Of a stretch of DNA of 64,000 nt, positions 1 through 12,832 are shown piece after piece; position 1 is the stretch's first letter; every line of letters starts with the position of its first letter. Source of the DNA: Octopus sinensis. Lineage: Eukaryota. A program made the position numbers and the translations under genes. The DNA is taken from positions 27,838,001 through 27,902,000 of the forward strand of contig NC_043008.1 in the NCBI RefSeq assembly GCF_006345805.1. The letters are read 5' to 3'. The notes beneath the pieces are model-generated. The model searched no databases. It was given only the letters and a program-made list of their open reading frames with translations, and was not told the origin of the DNA.

Positions 1-689
1 GATTTCGACAGGTACTCACTTGCAAATCTCGGCACATATCTAGTCATCTGAAAGTATTTCTTGAGAAAAGGGCGATCAATTCTGTAATTAATAAACAAAG
101 TTATGGTCGTTCACCTAAAAATGTCACAGCTCTATTCCCCCGTTAAAGCAGGATCTCTTAAAAGTTAACAAATCTACAAAAATCACTGAAGGAATGAAAC
201 AATATAAAGCACAATCGCACGAATCAAAAAATGCGTTTGGACACAAGTCTGTATCTCTTCAGGCGTATATATGTATATATATAGTATATATATATAAATT
301 TGTATTACAAAATTGAGTTTTTCCCTGTAAGTTTGGAATCATCTTCCCTAATATTATTATATATACTCTCATACATATCCATACATACATATAGTAAAAT
401 AAAGATTCAGATAGAATCAGGTACTTGACAAGATATGTACCGAGTAAGGTTGGATAAACCAGTGGTTCTGGCCTATGGCTAGTAAGTATCAAACTTGATA
501 CTCCGGTTGTGTACACAAAGAAAACCAATCCTATGTGCATTTAGCGACTAGGGGCTGGTCCAGAGCACATTTTACGTTGAAGTTTAAGTTATTGTTATAC
601 TCTAGGCTGTCCGATATATCACAAACCCCTTTGGTGTATTATAATCAAATGAATAATAACAGACGATTGATAAATATCAGTTTATGTAA

Positions 690-940
690 TTTTGAAAGAA
701 AAATGTGAATGTTACTCCCTTGCAAAACATCGTAATCATCAGATGAAAGCTAATTTTACAAACAAAATAATATCCCACGAATAAAGCGGGGACATGCGTG
801 AAGTATGTCGAGATTGATTTTAATCACGTTCCTGCAGTATTCTTGGCATATTTTCTCTGTTTGTAAAATTATATTTCAGCTGATGATCACTTTTTTTTGT
901 GATGTTGTAATGGAGTAATGTTCTCATTTTTCTATTTAAA
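690..940. repeat. Imperfect fold-back inverted repeat (arms ~690-797 and ~825-940)
   Basis: Left arm ..GAAAAATGTGAATGTTACTCC..ATCATCAGATGAAAGCTAATTTTACAAAC.. aligns with the reverse complement of the right arm ..GAAAAATGAGAACATTACTCC..ATCATCAGCTGAAATATAATTTTACAAAC.. Confidence 0.8.
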
Positions 941-1002
941 AAGGCGCAAGAAACAGCTGTAATGAGCTGACTTCAATCTATCGTCTGTTATTATTCATAT
1001 AC

Positions 1003-1154
1003 GACCTAGCAGAAACGTTAGCGCGCCGGACGAAATGCTTAGCGGTATTTCGTCTGCAGTTGCGTTCTGAGTTCAAATTCCGCCGAGGTCGACTTAATCC
1101 CTTTGTCTGTCCTTGTTTGTCCCCTCTATGTTTAGCCCCATGAGGGTAGTAAAG

Positions 1155-1158
<4 letters not shown>
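1003..1158 (+). mobile_element. tRNA-derived SINE, internally deleted
   Basis: A-box-like CTAGCAGAAACGTTAG and B-box GAGTTCAAATTCC. Same family as 26970-27197, lacking the segment between the two TCGACTT motifs; ends in (TA)n. Confidence 0.75.
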
Positions 1159-1202
<44 letters not shown>

Positions 1203-1225
1203 CTACGTTTGTATGCATCTACGTT

Positions 1226-1278
<53 letters not shown>

Positions 1279-1348
1279 ATGTGTGTGTGTGTGTCACTTA
1301 TGTATTCACACACAGACACAGACTGACACACGCAAACACAAACATACA

Positions 1349-1398
<50 letters not shown>
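1157..1398. repeat. Compound (TA)n/(TG)n/(CA)n microsatellite
   Basis: Directly visible. Confidence 0.95.
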
Positions 1399-1399
<1 letters not shown>

Positions 1400-3579
1400 C
1401 TTCGGGGGAGAGAGGTTGATAGAGATAATAAAGTTGAGAAACAATAAAGAAAGCGATAAATACTAGAGAAAGAAAAGATGAGTAAACAAGATGTAAGGCA
1501 GTAAGAAATAAATGAATGTACGAGGGAAAGGAATGGAAAAGAAAAAAGAAAAGCAAAATGATGGTGGCTATTAAAGAAAAATTCAAATAAATCGACAGAA
1601 CAATTCCAACGAAAATGTAAAATTATTGGTTTGCCATTACTTCCAGTTTAGAATAAATAGAGATTTTTCCCAGCTGCCAAAACGCAATAAATTTTATCTT
1701 AGGTGTTTGACGTAAAGAACAAACACACAATAGTAAGCAAAAGAGCTGGATATAGAGATAAAGAAATGTTTAAAGAAGAGAATGCTGGCAGACTGGAAGT
1801 TAAAAGAAGAAGCGATTTCAATAAGAACGGAGTGTTTATAGAAATCTAGCTGGTGTCAGCAAATTGAAGACATACAGAATATGATATTTCTAAATATATA
1901 TTACCTACCTCGAAAATTGTCCGATCCTACACATATTTTACTCTTCAAATGCCATATGAGATAAAGCACAAATACACATAAACACAGATACACACGCACG
2001 CACACACACGTGTGTGTGTGTATAGGTGCGTATTTGTGACTGTGGTATTTAGAAATTCGACAGTATTCATATTTAATGCTTTTTTAGTGGAGATATTTTA
2101 TATTTACTATTTGGGCGCTTATGATTTCATTCGAATATGTAATTTGAAAAGTATAAAGGATATAGTCATAAATTTTGGGAGATAGAGATAAATTTGAATG
2201 AATCTCAATATATAAATTCTTACCTTGCCAAACAAAAGTAAAACTGTCACATCCTAACATAAATTCCCTATTGATAGTTTCTACTATTCGGCCTTTTAGA
2301 GTTAGTATGTTTCTCTGTGCAGAGTATATGCGTATATCAGTATGGAGGTGGTAAGAGTACCTGCTATTTTGTAAGTGTGCCGCAGCGTGAAATAGAAACT
2401 GCGGTTTAACATATCCGGAAACCTGAGTAATTGACCGAAATCTTGCTAAGTTGTTGCTAATTCAATTCAATGGACCAAATTACTAGGTATTAATCATCTA
2501 CACATTTACATATGCATGCACGCAAACATACACATAACAGATGCATGCATATATACATGCGCACATACAGTTATGCACGTTATATATCGTGGTAGTTTTA
2601 CATCCACCACTTTGGGGTTTCATGCTTCTGAAATAACGTGGTAGTAGACTTTCATTCCAGAGATACCGGTATTTTTAGCTTCATTGTGAGATAGAATGAG
2701 ATTTGACACTATGTGTGCAATGATAGTACCTTCTGAAATAGAGAACAATCCACTTGACGGTTCCTATACTGTTTCCATCAACATAATGGCAATTTATTGG
2801 TCATTTATTGGTCATTGCAAAGTTATACATGATATCATAAGCACACAATGCACTCAGAAGTTTTGAATTGAACTGCTTAATACGCACCATTCTGAGCGTA
2901 TATGTTTATCTGCGTGTACCTATTTTTTGTGTGTGTTAATGTGTGTGTGCGTGTGTGTATATGTGTATCTGTCAGACCATGTATTGTTTTAGAAATGCAT
3001 TTCTTTTCCACTTATGTTTTATCAAGTCATACTAGTGTTTCTCTATGAGTGTATAGACTCCTCTAAACGCACAGTATCATAGTTACAAAAGAGAATTTAA
3101 TAATCAATCATAAAGGTTTCTACATTTACATAATCATATTTCAAATTACGATTAGTTGCATAGTTGCAGTTGCGTTGCCGACTGATTCTGTCAATTGTAA
3201 TTGTGATGTGTGTAGGCATTAAAGCCAGATTTTGAATCTTGACTCCAGATTCACATATACACTATTTAGCTCCGTTTGTAAATTCTGTATATGTGAATTT
3301 ACAAACATACAGATAGTTTGTATAGACGGATTTCCTTTTAACTTGGTATTTTATATTTAATGTCTTAGCGCCTCCATCATGAATATCGCCCTAGTTGTGT
3401 AAGGAGACAGGTTTCTTATGTCTAGCAGCTTTAGTGGATGAGGTTTTGTTTAGGACACGGCTGACTGGCTTGAAGAGTAGTATTTTCCCTTTGGTGAACG
3501 CCTCATCGATTTTTGCGGTTCTAATGAGATTGTAGCGGTAAGTGCGGCTCCAATATTTATTGGTGCCCTACGTACTGTA

Positions 3580-3750
3580 TAAAAATACAATATTGGTTGG
3601 AAATGATAGGAATAAAAATGAAAATAGAACATATCCGGAAAACAGCCTTACCCGAAAGTGTAAGAGACTCCGCAAAACACTCAAGGCTTGAAATGAAGGT
3701 TCCTCTTTATATTTCACGTTACTGGCACAGCCGGTTCAGTAATGGCATCG
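3580..3750 (+). mobile_element. Degenerate 3' end of an R4/Dong-type LINE
   Basis: Translates LEMIGIKMKIEHIRKTAL, resembling the IQKIALLGTAHILRR C-terminus of the 4115-8407 element; followed by (GAT)n/(AAT)n. Confidence 0.5.
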
Positions 3751-3769
3751 ACAAAATGCTACGTTCGAT

Positions 3770-4115
<346 letters not shown>

Positions 4116-4279
4116 GGGACGTTTATGATGTAAGAAGGGGGGACGTTTAAGATGTAAGAAGGGGGACCGTTTAAGATGTAAGAAGGGGGGACGTTTAAGA
4201 TGTAAGAAGGGGGACGTTTAAGATGTAAGAAGGGGGACGTTTAAGATAGAACACCGGGGACGTTTAAGATGTAAGAAGG
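4116..4279 (+). repeat. About 7 tandem copies of a 23-24 bp unit GGGGGACGTTTAAGATGTAAGAA at the Dong 5' end
   Basis: Directly visible. Confidence 0.9.
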
Positions 4280-4606
4280 AAAATACAGAGCTCCGAAATC
4301 TATCCACAAACATCGAAAACAAGGACATCCTATGGAGCCAAAGATTTACTAACAAAGAATTGGACTGTATCCGAGTAAGTAATACTAATTGAAATTTATT
4401 ACTATTTTCGAAACGAAATGATGTATTTTGACTCGATATTATCTCCACATCTAACACAACACATGTAAACATCCGTGGAACATCACGATCATCACCGACC
4501 TCAAACACCATGTACAAAGAAACTACGAAGAAATTAAATGCCACCGATACTATTCAACCCAAGAATAACAATCGAGCGGTACGTACATTAAACTTACAAC
4601 AAAAAA

Positions 4607-7600
4607 ATGTACGAAAAACTACACGTGCGAAATAATGTGACAACAGAAATAAACGGACCGGTACCCTACGAAAATGACGACCGTCAAAATAATGGGCCGG
4701 ACGTTGTACCTCATGTCCCGCAAATAAAACCCAAAAGACGTAAATGGACACGTGAGGAATATATTTCTATCTTACACGCATACTTCACAGCAATGCTCTA
4801 CCCAAAAATGAAAATACAACAACACATACATATAAAATATGGAAGGAAAATAATAGATATAGACTTGGATACAGCAATGAACCCTAATAAATTAGCTAAC
4901 GTACGAAGATACATTCTCAAAGCCAAAAAAATATCAGAAATAGAAATAGAACATTTAAAAGAAAAAATACACCAGGAAAATGTAGATAGAAGCCACACAA
5001 CAATGCCCAATAATATAAACACTGAAACTGTAAAACACGGAGACAAACGCAACATTCCCAACAAACACGATGTAAACAAAGAAGGGGAGCCTAATGATTA
5101 TGATAATATAAAAAATAAAATAATCAAAGAACTGAAAACCACAGAGCCCAAAATGGACCACCGACCATACCTTCCAAAAATAAAAATAAACGAAATAAAA
5201 ACACCAATTATAAACAGCATAAAATTAGCCGTCACTGAACTAGCCACTGAAAGAAAAAAAGTGATATCACTGAACTGAATGACTTGATATACGCAGCAGC
5301 TACTGCAGCCACAAAAGAAGCTGGATACTCACCCGAACCCGCCCAAACAGGAGTACCACCACCCAAACAAACCCTGTGGATAAATAACATCCAAAACAAA
5401 ATTTAAAAAAATTAGAAAAGACCTGTCGATTCTTAATGAAATCAGCAAACAAGCAATGCTACTAAGCAACAAAAAGAGAACAAAAATGCTCCGGAAATAT
5501 AACATCACAGAAAAAGATTTGCCGGAGATAAAAGAAAAGCTGAAGCAAGATATCCTTGCCAAAGCTCAAAGGATCCGCCGGTACGAGAAACGCCAACGCT
5601 TCTTTGAATAGAACAAAAAGTTCAACTCCGACCCCAAAAAGTTCTACCAAGAACTGGGAAAAAATAAAATAGAAGTCACTGCAGCACCAACGGCAGAAGA
5701 ATTGGAAGAATTCTGGAGAGAAATATGGTCGGCGAACGAACAGCCAAAAAAAAGGAGTATCAAAATAACAAACTCGGCATCGGAACAATTTTGGACCCCC
5801 ATAACACCTGAAGAGGTCACCCAGGCACTGCAAAAAATAAGCAACTGGAAGGCACCTGGGCATGACAAGATCCCCAACTTCTGGTTGAAATATCTAACAG
5901 GAATGCACAAAAAGCTGGCTGAAAACTTTAACAGCATACTAGCAGAGCCAGAGACAATGCCTGAATGGCTCACGAAGAGGAAAACCATCTTAATTCCCAA
6001 ATCAAATGAAACAGCAAAACCAGAAAACTATAGACCAATAACCTGCCTCCCTACTATGTTGGCCTGGATTGACTACAAAAAGGCGTTTGATAGCATCCCC
6101 CACACATGGATCCTCGAAACACTAGCCATTGACAAAGTAGCACCAACAATCATAAAATTCATAGAGCACTCTATGAATAAATGGCAAACAGTCCTACACC
6201 TCCAAACAAAAGAGGGACTCATGAAAACCAAAGACATCTCCATTAGAAGAGGAATATACCAGGGAGACACGCTCTCTCCACTCCTTTTCTGCTTGGCACT
6301 GTCACCTCTATCTGATATGCTAAATAGAATTGGATGCGGATATAAATGTTACGGCAAAACGATCAGCCACCTTTTATATATGGATGACCTAAAACTATAC
6401 GCTGCAAATGACAAACAGCTTGAAACACTACTAAAGACAGTTCATGGATTTACCAAAGAAATAGATATGAAATTTGGATTAGAAAAGTGTGCCAAAGTAA
6501 CCATGAAAAGAGGAAAACTAGTTAAGAGTAACAACATCACGCTAGATAAAAACCAATGAAATAGAAGAATTAGACCAAAGCCAAACTTACAAATACTTAG
6601 GAATCCATGAACTAGATAAGACACAACACACACAAATGAAAGAGAAAATAAAAAAAGAATATTATAGACGAGTTAGATCAATACTAAAAACAGAGCTCAA
6701 TGCTAAAAACAAGATAATAGGTATCAACACTTTAGCTGTCCCAGTTATAAGTTACAGCTACAATATCCTTAACTGGACACGAAATGAACTGTCCAAAATA
6801 GATAGGAAAACAAGACAAATACTGACAGGATCTAGGATGCATCACCCAAAATCTGACACAGAAAGACTATATATACAACGTATAGAAGGTGGTAGAGGCC
6901 TTATACAGCTGGAAAACTACTATAAAATAACCACCATAGGACTGCAAAAATACCTTCTTCAGAAGGAAGGAAAACTGATCCAGATAGCAGCAAAACACGA
7001 GCAAAACAAAAAACTATTCTCAGTAGTTAAGGAAGCTGACAAATATAAACAAGAAATCATACCACCTAATAAACACGAAGAAGAAGAAGAAGATGACGAA
7101 ACAACAAAAGCTATAAAACAAATGAAATCCAAACTAAAAATAGAACAGCAACGAACCATGATAAAACGATGGCAAGAAAAGCCCCTTCATGGTAAATATT
7201 GCACTAAACTAAACGCAAAAGAAATAGACAAAGAAAAATCCCAGCAATGGTTGAGAAGCTCAGGACTCAAAGCAGAAACAGAGGGATTTTTAATTGCAGC
7301 ACAAGACCAAAGCCTCCCCACCAGAAATTACCAAAAACATGTAATGAAAAGAAATATTACAAGTAACTGCAGAATATGTGGAGATGGACAAGAAACAATA
7401 AATCATATTATCTCTAGCTGCCCAGTCCTGGCTAAGAAGGAATATATTCACAGACATGATAGAGTTGGAACCTACATACATTGGAAGCTATGCCAACATT
7501 ATGGAATAACAACAGAAAAAAGATGGTATAGGCACACACCAGAAAAGGTCACAGAAAACGAGAAGGCAACCATACTCTGGGATATGTCGATACATACAGA

Positions 7601-7937
7601 TAGAGAAATTAAGGCTAACAGACCAGATATAGTTGTCAGAGATCATGAAGAAAAAAATGCTTTCTAATTGATGTATCAATACCGGCAGATGACAACGTGT
7701 CTCTAAAAGAAATGGAGAAACTCTCAAAATAGGAAAGACCTGGAAATAGAGGTAACTAGAATGTGGAAACTGAAAACAGAAACAATTCCTATCATAGTAG
7801 GTGCATTAGGCATGATAAATAAATATTCAGACAAATACATAAGAAAAACACCAGGACTTACAAACACATATAACATACAGAAAATTGCACTACTAGGCAC
7901 TGCACACATCCTACGCAGAACCCTTTCCATACAATAA
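4607..7937 (+). pseudogene. Disrupted single ORF of the Dong element (ORF pieces 4607-5278, 5702-6559, 6636-7667, C-terminus to TAA at ~7937)
   Basis: Collinear RT/RLE fragments separated by frameshifts and stops; in-frame loss between YRPITCLPTM and LAWIDY. Confidence 0.88.
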
Positions 7938-7963
7938 CCATCAGAGCATCACAACAAATCACA

Positions 7964-8326
7964 TCATCATCATCATTGTTCGACCGTGGTCGAGACAATG
8001 GAATTTACCATGTTGCACCAGACTTCACGGTCCATCATAGCATTACGGAGGTCCTGTTGCTGGATGCCTGTATCCCTGGAGATTACATCAGGGCAGGAGA
8101 GTGTGCGCCCTCTGGTGTTGCGAGTAGATGGCTTCCAGAGGAGAAGAGTAGAAATTACTTCTTTTTCAGCTCTACAACAATGTCCAGCAAACTGGACTCT
8201 CCTACCCTTCACAAGAGATGACACAGGTGGTAATTTCCCATATATTTGCATTTTAGTTGGATGGCGCCTCCACGAGAGATTTTGAGCTCTCATAAGGAGG
8301 CGAGTGTAGGTTCCATCCAACCGCCT
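7964..8326 (-). mobile_element. 5'-truncated RTE-type LINE fragment nested in the Dong 3' UTR, (GAT)n tail, 9-bp TSD CAAATCACA
   Basis: ORF 7973-8347 LDGTYTRLL..RRVQFAGHCCR..LLWKP..RGR..AMMDREVW is a typical RTE-like C-terminus; TSD at 7955-7963 and 8327-8335. Confidence 0.85.
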
Positions 8327-8413
8327 CAAATCACAGCACATACCCAAGGCACACAGAGCTGCGCTCGGTAGTGAAGTGAAAGCACACTATAAAAATAAAA
8401 CTACTGAATATTG

Positions 8414-8459
<46 letters not shown>

Positions 8460-8479
8460 TGATGATAATAATAACAATG

Positions 8480-11390
8480 TTTATTTCTTTTATTTGCCAT
8501 TGGGCCAAAGGATGGTACCATACAAAGACAGACATAAAGTGTGGGGACTTACATATAATGAGAAGATGAAAGGAAGAAGAAGAAGAAGAAGAAGAAGAAG
8601 AAGAAGAAGAAGAAGAAGAAGAAGAAGAAGAAGAAGAAGAAGAAGAAGAAGAAGAAGAAGAAGAAGAAGAAATATACACAGTATACATTAAAAGAAATGA
8701 AGTATACACAGTATACAGCAATAATAACTAAGTGTTAGTAATGGTGGTGTCCTGATACGGGTGGACTTCTGAGTTTCATTGAGAAATCCTACCGTCCAAG
8801 ACAACCCTCAATACCAAAGACAAATGCCCTTTCCAAATCCCTTCCTCCGACTCGCAGGTCTCAACTGAGAGTGGTACCATCCACTCTAGTCACTTTCGCA
8901 ACTTTCGCCCAATGTTTCATAAATTCACTCGAGGACAGCACCTCTGTCTCCACCCTCATTTTCTTTTTCAAGTGAAACTTGAAAGTGTCAATGAGAACTC
9001 TACCAAAGAGGAATGTATCTGTCCTCATGCCTAGTCGCAAGCCAGTTGACTACTTGGTATTGATTTATATTCCAATGCGACTGATTTATATTTCACTAGA
9101 ATGAAGTCAACCGTCTCCACTTCGTCGACATCCGACACCATGAGAGCTACGTGGTCCGCGTACGCGGACACTGCCTTTTCGAGTCCCATTGCGAAAAGGA
9201 TACCCCACAATTGTTCCAACTTCAGCAACAGTGGCTCGAGAGCCAGCACGTACAGATATGTTGACAGCGGAAGCTCTGACGCAGCGGGCATGCGATGCCA
9301 TTTACTTTGGCCACAGAGCATGCGCAGCTGTGCATTGCAACGATCTAGCTTCTGAAAACGGGTCTGAAACCATGCTTTCGATTCAATCAAAGTTATCTGT
9401 GCACCACCGAAGCCAGCTTTAGTCCCATCCTTCTGTTTGATGTATCGCATAATGTGGATATTGCGGTGGATTGTGCGTCTCCATTGCCGGCCTCCTTTTT
9501 CAACAGTGTCACCACACACCGACTAATAGCACTAGGAATTTTTCTGTTTTGTTGCCAGCTGCGGCGAACTTCTTCGAAACAAATCTGGCGTGACTACATA
9601 GAATTCAAAGTGCAAAACCATAATTTCTTGTGTCACTATTTGCTGTTTCATCTAAATTTAAGGAAGAATTTTTTTTTTATTTACTAAATTCTCCTATGTC
9701 ATGGGGGAATTTCTGTTTCAAATCAAGATACCTATCTGCACCTGTTTGGATTAATATCCTTTTCGATAGAGTTTTCGGTAGGAGTTCCGCTAAAACCTCT
9801 CCACGTGTTGCTATGGTTTTGTTATTAATTACTTCCTGATCCTATTCGATGTCGTTCTTCTGAACAACAGTGAAATTGATGCAGGAGAGTGAAAATGTTG
9901 GTCATCTTGTTTTACGGGTGTTCCTTTTTGTTATTATCTTTTTGTGGTTTTAAATGTACTAGTAAAAATGGGTGGTCTGGATATTTGTGTTGATTTGTTT
10001 TTAAATTGGTGCTGTAAGGGATTTTGTTTTTTACGGTCATGTATTAAGGCTTTCAATTTCCGCGGTCTCTGATTCATATTCAGTTTTTCTCTTCTTTCCG
10101 ACAAAGGCCTTTTGGTGCAATGTCAACGAGGACGTTGCTTTTGCGAATCATGAGTCTGAGGAAGGAAGCAGATGTGATGTAATAGTTGTGTAACCACCAT
10201 GAGAAGTTTGTAGTAACGGTGGGGAACTTTGTGCATTCTCTACTGTGGGGCTTTGAGGTGGTTCGTAATCCAACACACAAAACACTTCAGTATTTGCCTT
10301 CTATAGAAACTGGCATCTGTTCGCATTCCCCGAAACAGAAAGAAACGGGAATGGCTAAAACTCTCGCCAGATCACGGTGAGCCTGAACTTCTTGACCAGA
10401 ATTCGAGTCAAACTTTTACCCATGTAATGGGGAATACATAAAAAAGCCTGGGAGGGAAAGTTATGGTAGAGATTTTTCTGGCTTCTTGCTCACTGCTGCA
10501 TATAGCCACTACCATCCCATGCTGCTAACCTTTCTGTATGTGTAGCACTGAAGACCATGCATATTCAAGACACTTTTTGGTCTCTGTGTGTGTAGGAAAT
10601 TTAATTTTCCTCTCCTACGAGACAAACATTTTAAAACTATTGTTTATCTTTTGTTTTTTTCTCTCTCTCTCGTCACAAAGGCACATAACACATGGTTTCA
10701 TAATGCCACTCTTCTATTGCAGTGCCTTATTTTTCAAGTCATCCACTGAAACAAAATTGCTAACGGCTTTAGAAAAGAGTTAATTCCTAGAGGTTATTTA
10801 TGTTATTATTGCTGCTGCTGTTGTTGTTATTGTCATTGTCGTCGTCGTTGTTGTTGCTTTCCACACAGTTATCACAGTTGTTGTTTTCAATTTTCTTGTT
10901 CGTGTTACATTTGTTGTTTTCGTTGTTTCCGTTGTTTGTAGTGGTGGCAGTGCGTCTGCCGCTGCTACTCCTGTACTCTTTGTTGCTGATGCTTAGTCGT
11001 CGTTCTCATTATCGTTGCTGCTAGTATTGTTGTGCTTGTTGCTGTCAGCGCAGCAACAAGAGGAAAATATATTTCTCTTTGTCGAGAAATGAATTGCAGC
11101 TTCGGCTGTGTTTGTATTCGGAGTTACAATTGAGTCAACAGAATGCTGCTCTTTGTCGATTATTATCATTTTCCCAGAATCCGACATGTTCTAAAAGTGG
11201 AAAATAAATAAGATATTGTCTTCACAAAAACGCAAACTATTCAAAAGAAAACAATTATTAAACCCCCAGAAGGGTGTGCAATTACACACAATTTTACCAT
11301 ATAATCCAGGCAATGCAAGCTATACACTTACCAAATTAAATTTTCCTGCGAGTTACGGAGAATCAACTTGTATGATATTGCAGACTGACG
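8480..11390 (-). mobile_element. Heavily deleted Tx1/L1-type LINE (ORF2 pieces ~8860-9560; ORF1-like pieces ~9640-11190)
   Basis: ORF 9031-9519 PLSTYLYVLALEPLL..VSAYADHV; ORF1-like LKQKFPHDIG and AIPVS..MPVSIEG match the 35545-41200 copy; bounded by (AAT)n at 8408-8478 and 11393-11445; (AGA)n at 8574-8670 in the 3' UTR. Confidence 0.7.
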
Positions 11391-11454
11391 GCAATAACAA
11401 CAATAACAACAACAACAACAATAATAATAATAATAATAATAACAATCGCGTTAC

Positions 11455-12415
11455 CTTTATTAGCCAAAAAAGCCTACAAAAAGTAAGTTTGAACTTTACA
11501 AAACATGAAGGATGACGTGGGGTTACATAAATTGCCGTGTAAAAAGATGATAACAATGAAAAATATAATGAAGAACATGCCTAAAAGAGGGAAGCATCTC
11601 AGGGCTACACATTGGGACCCCACGAAAAATTCACAAGCGCTCCGACCACTAAGGCAAGAGCTCTCTCCACATATTTCTCCTTCTCTCAGCCTTGGAAATA
11701 CAAATGTGCATGTTGAAATTAGGCACTTTGACACGGTCCATCTTCGCCAAATTCACCCACGTTTCAGCAAATTTGCTTGAAGTCTGCACTTCCCTCTCCT
11801 TTTCAGATGGTATCTGAAAAAGTTGATGAGGGGTAGGCCAAAGAGCAAAGTGTCCGTTTTCAGCCCTTTCAAACTAGACGATCACACGACCTCTTTCGCT
11901 ACAGCCACGAGACAGATGGAAATTGTATGTCCTTGCCGGCCAAAGGAAGGCAGTGGGCAATCTTCATGATGGAATCAGCCGTCAAGCGGTCACGTCCTTA
12001 TACGTGACAGCAGGTATTCGACATCAACACATGTATCGTATATTCTCGGGCACTGGAAGAGTGCGTGCAGAACTGGGCACATCTCGGGCAGGTCCAACAG
12101 ACGGCACTTCCTGCCAGGCCATGGATTTCTGGAAAATATCCGTAGGCTCCGGCCCGAAAGCCCTCCGAAGCACTTACCCTTTCACCACTAACCCTCTATG
12201 CAATATCAGCCTCGGTCAACGCATGATCCAAGATTGCAACTCAGTCAAGGAGACGAGCTGTGGGAAAGAGATTCTGACAAACGGTGTCGACACCTGCGCA
12301 CCGTCGTCGGGGAAACACAGTGCTGCAGACTCAGAGCATGTCTGCGCATCAATAGCCATGGCTTACCCAGTCACCGTTCATTGCCTACTAGACCGATTTT
12401 TAGAGAGTTTATTCC
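11455..12415 (-). mobile_element. 5'-truncated Tx1/L1-type LINE (ORF2 C-terminus and 3' UTR)
   Basis: DNA similar to 35820-36700 (e.g. TCAAGGAGACGAGCTGTGG, CTCGGGCAGGTCC, TTCCTGCCAGGC); 3' end abuts (AAT)n. Confidence 0.8.
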
Positions 12416-12700
12416 AGCAGTAGATTTTCCGATCCTAGTCTTGTATGCCACTGAGTAACGCGGTCCTTGTCCCGGGTGATGACCGATTAGGTATGAGTTT
12501 TGGCTTGTCATTAAGGCATTGACAGTGACAATAAGAGTCAGGTCTGTTTATCCATTGTTCTTGGAATGGATATATTTATCATATCGTAGGCTGATAAATC
12601 GCAAATCATCTCTCTCTTTTTTGGGGGTGGGGGTGGGGGTAACTATGTTTCCGGGCATATCTCCTTGGTTATGTTTAACCTGGGTGACTAATTTGCTAAA

Positions 12701-12832
12701 GCCGAGGTCGACCCTTGCCTTTCTTCTTTCAGGGTTCGTTAAATTAAATACTAGTTGCGTACTGGAGTCGGTCTAATCGAGTGTCCCCCTCCCCAAAAAG
12801 TTCGGGCCTTGTACCTAGAGTAGAAACGAATA
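12701..12832 (+). mobile_element. SINE 3' portion
   Basis: GCCGAGGTCGACCCTTGCCTTTC..GGCCTTGTACCTAGAGTAGAA, same family as 26808-27197. Confidence 0.7.

Noticed and set aside
20-47. AG..GT-bounded 28-nt minus-strand micro-exon
   Set aside because: Has a stop in the phase implied by the neighbouring candidates and partly mirrors 425-445, so is more likely repeat-derived
880-905. CTGATGA followed by a small stem, and similar CTGANGA hits near 23535, 25120, 27219 and 33048
   Set aside because: No correctly placed GAAA/UH or stem I, so not called as hammerheads
4116-4279. CRISPR-like regularly spaced repeats
   Set aside because: Units are contiguous with no unique spacers, there are no cas genes, and the context is a eukaryotic LINE
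11923-12423. 166-aa plus-strand ORF and similar plus-strand ORFs at 36190-38775
   Set aside because: Antisense shadows of the GC-richer minus-strand Tx1 ORF2
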